Assembly (NCBI RefSeq): GCF_963921235.1
Contig: NC_086107.1
Location: forward strand, 96,412,001-96,476,000
Direction of reading: 5' to 3'
Length of the DNA stretch: 64,000 nt
Origin: Mobula hypostoma
Lineage: Eukaryota
The position numbers and the translations under genes are program-made. Shown here in pieces: positions 25,161 to 35,304 of this stretch. How positions within the stretch are numbered: position 1 is the stretch's first letter; each line of letters opens with the position of its first letter. The notes under the pieces are model-generated. The model made no database searches and was not told where the DNA came from. It saw nothing but the letters and a program-made list of their open reading frames with translations.

Positions 25161-28100
25161 TCTCTTCCCATTAGGGGTCGCAGGAGAGAACAGTTACGGT
25201 ACACATGCTTAATCCCTATGTACCGGTCGTCGACGTTCTCACTTTTCTAGCACGTTATGTGGAGAGAGTGTGGAGGTGTGAGGACGTTGACGAAATTCTG
25301 GAGGTTTGGACATCTAATCGGCTGGTCAGGGTTAAGTTAAGGACGGACACCAATGGCTGTGTCATCCACCCACCCTCCGTCTTTGCGATAGGAGGGAACC
25401 GGGGCTACCTGGTTTACGCCGGACAACCGAAACTGCGCCGAAACTGCGGCAAGGCAGGGCACATCACGGCCCAGTGTAAGGCTGTGGTGTGCAGAAATTG
25501 CAAGGTGGAGGGACACCTTACCAAAGACTGCATGGAGGCCAAATCCTGCAACCTCTATGGGCAGGCGGGCCACCTTTATAGGACCTGTCCGAAACGGGTG
25601 GGCTCCTATGCACAGGTGGCCAGGGGTAGTGATGACATCGGGATAGCCCCAGCTGGAGTGGAGGTGCCCGCCGTCTCTGTAGAGGAGATGTAGGTTGCGA
25701 TGGAGGGACAAGAGCCCAGCCTGGGCTCCCCCTCCACCTTGCAGGACACCCAATACCCCCCGCTTGATGAGGGTTCAATGGAAGAGGGGAGGGCCGAGGG
25801 GGAAGAGGAAAAGTGGAGGGTGGTCACAAAACGAAAAAAGACCCTAAAGATGCCGCCAAAAAGACAAAGGGCGGAGAAATTGGAGAGCTCTAAAAAGAGA
25901 GAGGTTGAGCATCACTCGTCCTCTGAGCACCTGTCTTCCTCGGAGGAGGGCGGTGGGGGTGGCCAGAAACCCCGACAGAGGAAGAGGCGGGTTAATCGGG
26001 CAGAGGAGAGTCAGGGGAAGAGTGAAGGTCTGCTAGCCACCCCCCAGTCGCAGGATGGGGGGATCAGCAGAGTCTCTCAGCTCCGGGAATCCGGGAGCAG
26101 TCATACTTCTGGTGGTCTGCAGCCAGATGGAGGGGCGCCCCTGGAGGTTCCATTTGGTGCCGAACCAGTGGCGCCCCTCCCTGGCAGGGAGTACCAGCAG
26201 TACCTGAACCCTCAGCAGGTGGAAGACTTCACCAGGACTGTGGGGATGAGGCCTCCAGACGGGAAAGAAGAGAACGAGGATTTATAAAAGGTGATGGACC
26301 TTAAACTGGCATCTTTAAACCTTCGCAGTGTGAAGAGTACTGGGCGTTGCGTCAGCACGCTTCGGTACTTGAACACTGTGAACGCCAACGTGACCTTCCT
26401 GCAGGAGTGCGGTCTGCCGCACCTCAGGAGTTATCGACGGTGGTGGTCCCAGGGTTTGTCGGTGTGGTCGGGGGGCAACGATGGTCACGCTTCCGGCCTG
26501 GGGATTCTGCTGCGGGGAGGCAACTTCTCAATCACCCAAGTTAAAGAGGTGGTTGCGGGGCGCCTCCTGGTAGCAGACGTCAAATACCGGGACACACCAC
26601 TCCGGCTGATCAACGTGTACGCCTCCCCCGTTCGGAGCGAGCGGCTGGCCATCTTCGAGCAGCTCCCAAAGCTGCTGGTGACGTCCCAGCCGGTCATTCT
26701 GGCCGGAGACTTCAACTGCACCATTGATGCGGCTGGACGACCCAGCAGCACCGACGGCAGGCTGGACAGTACCTACAGACTCCTGATGGAAACTGTAAAG
26801 GCAGCCAAGCTGCGCAACGCCTGTGGCACCCCCACAGGAGGAGCACAGCCGCAAGCCACCTGGACACGATCGGACGGCTCAGCCCGCTCCTGGATCGACT
26901 TCCTCTTCCTGTCAGAGTCCCTCACGGTCAGGTCCACCGACATCACGCCGGTGTTCTTCTCTGACCACTGCCTTCTGAGAGCCACCTGTCGTTTACGGGA
27001 GGACCAGCAGGCAGGCAGGGGGACGTGGAAGCTGAATGTTAAGTTGCTGACCCCAGAGAACATCGAGGAACTAGAGAAGGAGTACACAGGTTGGAGAACC
27101 TTGAAAACCTTCTTTGATTCCCCGGTTCACTGGTGGGAAGCTACCAAGGAGAACATTAGGAGGTTCTTCATTCGCAAAGGTATCCAGAAAGCAAGGCAGG
27201 AGCAGAGGGAACTGCGTAAACTCCAGACAGAGTTGCAGCAACTTCTCCTACTGCAGTCGAAGGGGGTGGATGTCAGGGAGGAACTGCGAGAGGTGAAGGG
27301 CCGGCAAGCCCAGCACCTCGCCGCCGAATCCTCCAAGATCATCTTCCGATCAAGGGTCCAAACCGTGGAGCAGGACGAGACGTGCTCACGCTTCTTCTTC
27401 CAAAAGGTGCACAGGGGGAGCTCTGTGATCCACAACCTTCAGGAAGAGGACGGCTCAGTCGCATCCTCGCAGACCGACATACTGCGGATCTGCAAGTCCT
27501 TCTATGCCGGTCTGTACGACGAAAAGGCTACAGAATCCACAGCCTCCCGCAACTTCCTGTCGTCTATCACGCAGGTCTTAGACGACAGCAAGCGGGAGAG
27601 TCTGGATCAGCCACTGACCCTGGACGAGCTGACAGGCTCCATCCGTTCCTTTGGGTCGAGTAAGACTCCCAGAAGCGATGGCTTACCGGCTGAGTTGTAA
27701 TCGGCTCTGTGGAACTGGATGGGCCCAGACCTGCTGGAAGTGTACAACGCTATGCTTCTGGCGGGTAGCATGTCTGAGTCCATGAGCAAGGGCATCATCA
27801 CCCTCACCTACAAGCAGAAGGGGGAAAGGGAGGACATTAGGAATTGGAGACCCATCTCTCTCCTGAATGCGGATTACAAGATCCTGTCCAAGGCTATCGC
27901 CAACAGGGTCAGGTCAGCTCTGGGACAGGTGATTCATCCAGACCAAACCTGTGCTGTACTGGGCAGGAAAATCTCAGACAACCTCACGCTGCTGAGGGAC
28001 ACCATTGCCTACGTGCAGGACAGGAGGGTGGACGCCTGCCTGGTCAGCTTGGACCAGGAGAAAGCCTTCGACAGGATATCGCACACGTACATGGCGGACG

Positions 28101-29962
28101 TGCTCTCCAAAATGGGATTTGGGGAGGGAATCCGGAATTGGATCAGACTGCTCTACACAGACATCCGTAGTGCAGTGCAGGTCAACGGGTGGGAAACCGA
28201 CTGCTTCCCCATCAGGTCTGGAGTCAGGCAGGGCTGTCCTCTCTCCCGTCTTGTTTGTGTGCTGCATAGAACCCTTTGCGGAAGCCATCAGGAGGGATGG
28301 GGGCATAAGAGGGGTGACGCTGCCAGGCAGTGGAGGGACCCAAGTGAAAACCTCCCTGTACATGGACGACGTCACCGTCTTCTGCTCTGATCCGCGGTCA
28401 GTTCACAGGTTGATTGGCACCTGCGAACAGTTCGAGCTTGCGTCGGGGGCCAGTCTCAACCGCACGATGAGCGAAGCCATGCTCTTCGGCAACTGGCCAG
28501 ACCGATCCAGCGTCCCCTTCACCATCAGGTCTGACCACACGAAGGTGTTGGGGATCTGGTTCGGAGGGGCTGAGGCGTGCAACAAGAACTGGCAGGAGCG
28601 GACTGCCAAGGTGAAACAGAAACTGGGACTGTGGGGAGGGCGCTCCCTGTCGATAACAGGCAAGAACCTGGTCATCAGGTGTGAGATGCTCTCAGAGCTG
28701 CTGTACTTGGCGCAGGTCTGGCCCGTCCCCCGCTCCTACAGCTCGGAAATCACCCGGGCTGTCTTCAGATTCGTCTGGGGATCCAAGATGGAGCGGGTGA
28801 GACGGACCGCCATGCACAAGTCCCTGGACAATGGGGGCAAGAACGTCCCCAATGTCGCCCTCACCCTGATGGCCAGCTTCGTGTGTGGCTGCATCAGGTT
28901 GTGCATGGATCCCAGATACGTGGGCACAAAGTACTACTATGTGCCTAGGTTTTACCTGTCGCCCTGGCTACGAAGGATGGGTCTGGCTTCTTTCCCGCGC
29001 AACACCCCTGTCAGCTGGTCGTTGCCCCCTTACCTGTCCTTCGTAGAAAAATTCTTCAAGACCAACACATTTGACCACAGGGCCATTAGACAGTGGTCGG
29101 CACGTAACGTCCTGCAGGCACTGCAGGAGAAGGACGTGATGGACACAGTGGGGTGGTTCCCTGAGCAGACTGTCCAGTTCATCTGGCAAAATGCCTCATC
29201 GCCAGATCTCAGCAACAGGCACAAAGACCTAGCCTGGCTGGCGGTGAGAGGGGCCCTCCCAGTCAGATCCCTCCTGTACGCCCGGAACAGTTCCTCCACA
29301 CCCCGTTGCCCACGGAAGGACTGTAATGGGGTGGACTCGGTGGCTCACCTCTTTGCACACTGTGGGTTCGCAAAGAAGGTGTGGAAGGCACAGTACTAAG
29401 ATTCATGCCCAGCAGCTGCGTAACAGAGGACTCTCTGATCTATGGGCTGTTCCCGGGGACGCACACGGAGACAAACATCCGGTCCTGCTGCCAGATCATC
29501 AATTCGGTGAAAGACGCTCTTTGGTCAGCCCGAAACTTGATGGTCTGCCAGCAGATGGAGATGTCCGTGATTCAATGCTGCAGACTGGCTCACTCTCGTC
29601 TGCAGGAGTCCGTGCTGAGGGATGCACTCAAACTTGGTGCGGCCACCACGAAGGCCCAGTGGGGAAGGACCACAGTTTAACGTTCATCACCCGTAGGAGG
29701 GGGAGAGGTTGGGTGGGGAGGAGACCTACCCTCATCAGCGGTGTGGACAGATAATCAACATGGTGCCCAAGGAGTGGGTGGAATTGTTAATTTGGGAAAG
29801 TATTAGAGCCATTGCCTGCCTTTATTGTTGATAATTTGATTGTTAATAAGTTTTAACTCTTGACCAAGGGTTGAGAGTAAACGCATGATTTATTGTAAAC
29901 ATCTTTCATTTGTAAATGAACAGAGTCAACGCAAAATTTTTATTGTTAATAACTGTATTGAA

Positions 29963-30809
29963 ACCTCCGGTTAAACCGAAAGCTACGGATTTCCCCCCGA
30001 CTGAATCACCGGTGACTTTGAAAGCGATATCGGAGTTAATTCAGAGGGAAATTTCAACCTCTGTTAGGGAGATGATTCGTACGGAAATTGCAGGCTCTGT
30101 TAAAGACCTGATTCATACGGAAATCTCAACTAATTTCCAGAAAATTGCCGATTCAATGGATAAGATGCAAACATTTATTGCGGAACATCAGTCGGCTATA
30201 TCTGATCTTCAAAAATTCGTGCAACAAAGTGAGCTTAAGATGGGGAAAATCGAAGAAACAATTAATGTAATGAAGAAGAAACTTGACTTTTTGACTTTTA
30301 AAAACTCTGACTTGGAATCTAGAATGCGACGGCAGAATTTACGAATGATCGGGGCGAGGGAAGCTGTTGAATCCAACAACCCCATGAAATATTTTTCTCA
30401 ACTTTTAAAAGATGCATTCCCTACTGTATTTCCTGACCAACCACCGCTTCTGGATCGTGTTCACAGAATCCCATCATACTCGTCTAGGTCAGATAGACCT
30501 AGGCATGTTATTTTACGTTTTCATTATTTTCAAGACAAGGAGAGACTGTTTCGATTCGCTCGATCTAAAGGTTTCATTGATTTTTCGGATCTTAAGTTCC
30601 GATTCGTGGAAGATTTCAGTAAACCAATCTGGGACCAACAGGTTCGTTACAGATCCGTGATGTCGGAATTCTATAAGATGGATTTAAGACCAGCGCTGCT
30701 GTACCCTGCACGTCTAAGGATTCGCATGTCAGATGGAGCCCTTCGTTTTTTTGATTCTCCATCGGATGCCCAGAGTTATATGGATCAACTTTCATCTTCA
30801 ACATCTTAA
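29963..30809 (+). CDS. L1 ORF1p (coiled coil, RRM, CTD), N-terminus truncated at the insertion point
   Basis: DLESRMRRQNLRMIG, LDRVHRI, PRHVILRF, RFVEDFS and LLYPARLRI are typical L1 ORF1p motifs. Confidence 0.85.
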
Positions 30810-31527
30810 TTGCCTTTTTTTAATTATCTCCGTTGGATCGGAGGCTGTGAATTGGTTGGTTTTAACTTTTTCGTGCCCTATCTGGGCAGAAAAGTTTATT
30901 TTTGATTTCTTAATATGGTTGCTAAACTTTCTTTTTAACTGCGTCATTTCTTTCTTTTCCCAGGGGATTCTGGGTGGTTACTTCCCTTTTGTCATCTTAC
31001 GTATTTCCTGTGTGGCCTTAAATTTTGTAGTTTTTTTTAAATTTTATTCTGTTTTGCTTTTTATAACCACTTTATGTCCATAATCCTATTTTTTCTTGTT
31101 GCTGTGTCTATTCATGGGTTTGAGGTTTATTGTGGTTTTTTTTAATATATATTTTCCGGCTTTTGTTCTGTTCTGTGTGTATTTTAATTGAGCTAACTTT
31201 TTTTTTTACTTACTTTTTTACTGTTTTACAATTAGCTGATCCTTTTCATATTTATACCTTTTTTTTTTAGGGAGCGTATACCGGAAGTCATGGGGGTAGT
31301 TTTAGCGCTTGCTTCTCTCTGGCGGGTCTGCTTTAGATTTTGCCTTGGGGTCTTGGGGCGGTGGGAGGGGCTTCACGTTTTAGTTTGTTTCTCTTTGGGC
31401 TATATACATTATTGAAGTACTGGTTGCGTCCTTTTTCCCGGTATCTTTTGTATGTTCTGTTTCCTCTCCGGGTTTGTGGGTCGCGCCTATCGTCAATCCT
31501 CCTTGTTGTGGGTTGACTTTAGGATTT

Positions 31528-34500
31528 ATGGAGTCTATTATTAATTTTGTCTCCTGGAATACTAATGGTCTTAATCATCCTATTAAAAGGAAAAAAGTTT
31601 TTAAAGTGTTCCGGAGACTTAAAGCACAAATTTTATTTTTACAAGAGACCCATGTACGGAGGGGGGACAGACTACGTTTTTTCAAATTCTGGAAGGGACA
31701 ACAATTTCATTTGAACTCCAATGCTAAGATTCGAGGTGTCTCTATTTTTATAGATTCCTCAGTTACTTTTATACAACAGGATATTATCTCTGATCCGAAT
31801 GGTGGATTTTTATTGGTTAGTGGTTTACTATTTAATAAAAAAGTAGTTTTGGTTAATGTTTATGCTCCTAATATGGATTGTCCGGAATTTTATAAATCAT
31901 TGTTTGATCAGTTTCCGAATTTGAACGAGTTTTCATTGATCTGGGGCGGAGATCTTAATACCTGTTTGTCTCCAGCTTTGGACCGTTCGGCTCCTTTACG
32001 GACTTTACCTAATAAATCTGCAAATCTGATTAATTTTTTCCTTTCTGATTCTGGGTCGACGGACATTTGGCGTTTTCTGCATCCTCAGGAAAAAGATTTT
32101 TCCTTCTTTTCACATGTTCATCATTCCTATTCAAGAATTGATTATTTTTTCATTGATTCTCGTCTTATTCCTTCAGTGATTAAATGTGATTATGATTCTA
32201 TAACCATTTCGGATCATGCTCCACTTAAGCTTTCTATTAAAATTATGGCCAATATACCAAATAATAGACAATGGTGTTTTAATTCGCTGTTGCTTCAGGA
32301 CTCGGACTTTGTTAATTTTATGAATGAACAGATTGAGCTTTTTTTTACAATTAACCATACAGAAGATATTTCGGTTAACACTCTTTGGGACACTTTTAAA
32401 GCCTATATTCGGGGTCAGATTATTTCGTATTCTGTTGCTTTGAGGAAGAAACAGAAGCAGGAGGAGATGGCAATTGTGGACAAGATTAAAGAAATTGATA
32501 AGAAATATGTTATGGCTCCTTCTGAGGAGTTATACAAACAAAGAACTGAACTTCAAATGGAACACAGTTTACTACTCTCGTCCTCGATTGTAAACCAATT
32601 AAAGAAAACAAGAAGTGACTTTTATGTTCACAGTGACAAAATTGGCAAGCTGCTGGCTAATCAATTGAAATCTAATTATGTTAAATCTCAAATCAATCAG
32701 ATTTATAACCAAAATGATCGATTGATATTGGATCATGTGGGGATTAATCAAACCTTTTGTGATTTTTATTCTTCTTTATATCAATCAGAGTCTCCTCGAG
32801 ATTCTAAATATATGAATGATTTTTTAGATAAGTTAGACTTCCCTCAGATTTCACAGGATATGTCTTCTTTATTAGATACTTCCATTACAATGGATGAGAT
32901 TAAGAATGTTATTTTTTCTATGAATCTGGGGAAAGCTCCTGGCCCTGATGGGTTTACCGTTGAATTTTATAAATGTTTTGCTTCTTTATTGATTCCTTGG
33001 CTCTGTAAGGTTTTTGAGGCTTCTTTGAAACTTGGTAAACTTCCTGAATCTTTTAATAGAGCATCAATTTCTCTAATACTAAAGAAGGATAAAGACCCTG
33101 CTCAATGTGCATCTTATAGACCAATATCTTTATTAAATGTTGATTCTAAAGTTTTTTCTAAGTTATTAGCAAATAGACAAGAAAAAGTACTTCCTTCTAT
33201 TATTTCGGAAGACCAAACGGGTTTTATTAAAGGTCGTTACTCTTTTTATAATATTCGTACATTGTTAAATATCGTTTATACTCCCTCACAAAATGTTCCT
33301 GAGTGTGTTATTTCTTTAGATGCCGAGAAAGCTTTTGATAGAGTAGAATGGCCTTATTTATTTAAGGTGCTTGAAATGTTTAACTTTAGCTTGAAATTTA
33401 TATCCTGGATTAAACTGTTATATCACTCCCCTGTAGCCTCGGTTCGTACTAACTCTTTAAACTCACCTTTTTTTCCTCTCTTTCATGGTACTCGACAAGG
33501 CTGTCCTCTTAGTCCCCTATTATTTGATATTGCATTAGAACCTCTTGCAATTGCTATTCGAGAATCTTCAAATATTACTGGGATAACTCGGGGATTAAAG
33601 TCCCATAAATTATCACTCTATGCTGATGATTTACTTTTATATATTTCTAATCCTGAGAGATCCATTCCTGCTGTTTTAGAGTTATTAGCACAATTTGGTC
33701 TTTTCTCAGGTTATAAATTAAATCTTAGTAAGAGTGAACTTTTTCCGATTAATAAACATCTTCCCTTATATTATAAATTTCCATTTAAATTGATTAATAA
33801 TTACTTTTCATATCTTGGGATTAAAATTACTTGTAAATACAAAGATTTATTTAAGACTAACTTTTTACCATTAATAGACCATATTACTCAACTTTCATCT
33901 AAATGGTTTCCCTTATATTTAACTTTGATTGGTCGTATTAATGCAGTTAAGATGTTTTTTTTGCCAAAATTTTTATATGTGTTTCAGGCATTACCAATTT
34001 TCGTTCCCAAATCTTTTTTTGATAAAGTTGACTCTAAAATTTCTTCATTTATTTGGCAGAATAAGAATCCGAGACTGGGTAAAATACATTTACAGAAAGC
34101 TAAGAGAGATGGAGGTTTAGCACTACCTAACTTTAGATTCTATTATTGGGCTATTAATATTCGACATATGAAATTTTGGTTACTTGACCAGGACATACTA
34201 CCTATTCCTAAATGGGTAGCATTGGAATTACAATCTGTTCAGGGTTATACACTTGGTTCTATTTTAGGCTCCTCTCTCCCTTTTGATTCGAATCGTCTTA
34301 AGCAGGTCTCTAACCCGATAGTTAAATATGCTTTGCGCATTTGGTTTCAATTCAGAAAATTTTTTGATCTTAATCAATTCGGGTTAGCGATTCCTATTTT
34401 AGGTAATATATTTTTTCCTCCCTCTTTTACGGATCGCGCTTTTCAAACTTGGAAGACTAAGGGTATTTTACGGTTTTTGGATTTATTTTTAGATGGTTCC

Positions 34501-35304
34501 CTTATGTCTTTTGAACAATTATCTAATAAATATAACTTATCAAGAATACATTTTTTTAGATATTTACAAGTTAGAAATTTCCTAAGTACTATACTTTCTT
34601 CCTTTCCAATGCTTCCTCCTACATATATTTTAGATTCGATAATTAACCTTAATCCATGTCAGAAAGGTGCATCGGCTATGATTTATAATATTATTATGAA
34701 ACTTAGGAAAGCTTCATTTGATAAGATTAGGGTAGATTGGGAACAGGAATTGGGGCTTACCATTTCTGTGGATGATTGGGGGCGGATTTTACAATTAGTT
34801 AATACTTCCTCTATTTGTGCTAAACATTCCCTAATTCAATTTAAAGTGGTTCATAGAGCACATATGTCCAAAGATAAGTTAGCGCGTTTTTACTCGCATA
34901 TTAATCCTTTCTGTGATAGATGTTCGGGGCAGATAGCCTCTTTAACTCATATGATTTGGTCTTGTCCTACTTTGGAAACTTTTTGGAGAGATATTTTCAA
35001 TATTATTTCTAAGGTATTAAATATAGATATCTCTCCTCACCCTATTACTGCTATCTTTGGACTACCTAAAATTTCTAGTAATCTTTCCCCTTCAGCCCGT
35101 AGAATGATTGCATTTCTTACTTTAATGGCGAAAAGATGTATTTTACAACATTGGAAAGAGCTTAATGCTCCAACTACCTTTTTTTGGTTTTCTCAGACGA
35201 TTTTATGTTTGAATTTGGAGAAAATTAGAAGTAACCTTTATGATTCTTCATTTAAATTTGAACAGATTTGGGGACCTTTTATTCGATATTTTCATTTAAT
35301 GTAA
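31528..35304 (+). CDS. L1 ORF2p (APE endonuclease, reverse transcriptase, CCHC), uninterrupted
   Basis: SWNTNGLN, FLQETH, GGDLN, SRIDYF, SDH, LDAEKAFDRV, GTRQGCPLSP, LYADD, CDRC..ASLTHMIWSC. The ATG was chosen just before the EN start within the 1276-codon frame. Confidence 0.93.
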   Translation: MESIINFVSWNTNGLNHPIKRKKVFKVFRRLKAQILFLQETHVRRGDRLRFFKFWKGQQFHLNSNAKIRGVSIFIDSSVTFIQQDIISDPNGGFLLVSGLLFNKKVVLVNVYAPNMDCPEFYKSLFDQFPNLNEFSLIWGGDLNTCLSPALDRSAPLRTLPNKSANLINFFLSDSGSTDIWRFLHPQEKDFSFFSHVHHSYSRIDYFFIDSRLIPSVIKCDYDSITISDHAPLKLSIKIMANIPNNRQWCFNSLLLQDSDFVNFMNEQIELFFTINHTEDISVNTLWDTFKAYIRGQIISYSVALRKKQKQEEMAIVDKIKEIDKKYVMAPSEELYKQRTELQMEHSLLLSSSIVNQLKKTRSDFYVHSDKIGKLLANQLKSNYVKSQINQIYNQNDRLILDHVGINQTFCDFYSSLYQSESPRDSKYMNDFLDKLDFPQISQDMSSLLDTSITMDEIKNVIFSMNLGKAPGPDGFTVEFYKCFASLLIPWLCKVFEASLKLGKLPESFNRASISLILKKDKDPAQCASYRPISLLNVDSKVFSKLLANRQEKVLPSIISEDQTGFIKGRYSFYNIRTLLNIVYTPSQNVPECVISLDAEKAFDRVEWPYLFKVLEMFNFSLKFISWIKLLYHSPVASVRTNSLNSPFFPLFHGTRQGCPLSPLLFDIALEPLAIAIRESSNITGITRGLKSHKLSLYADDLLLYISNPERSIPAVLELLAQFGLFSGYKLNLSKSELFPINKHLPLYYKFPFKLINNYFSYLGIKITCKYKDLFKTNFLPLIDHITQLSSKWFPLYLTLIGRINAVKMFFLPKFLYVFQALPIFVPKSFFDKVDSKISSFIWQNKNPRLGKIHLQKAKRDGGLALPNFRFYYWAINIRHMKFWLLDQDILPIPKWVALELQSVQGYTLGSILGSSLPFDSNRLKQVSNPIVKYALRIWFQFRKFFDLNQFGLAIPILGNIFFPPSFTDRAFQTWKTKGILRFLDLFLDGSLMSFEQLSNKYNLSRIHFFRYLQVRNFLSTILSSFPMLPPTYILDSIINLNPCQKGASAMIYNIIMKLRKASFDKIRVDWEQELGLTISVDDWGRILQLVNTSSICAKHSLIQFKVVHRAHMSKDKLARFYSHINPFCDRCSGQIASLTHMIWSCPTLETFWRDIFNIISKVLNIDISPHPITAIFGLPKISSNLSPSARRMIAFLTLMAKRCILQHWKELNAPTTFFWFSQTILCLNLEKIRSNLYDSSFKFEQIWGPFIRYFHLM

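Noticed and set aside
29916..29962. ATG at 29916 as the L1 ORF1 start
   Set aside because: It lies upstream of the TSD in the host Tx1 3' UTR, so it is not part of the L1.
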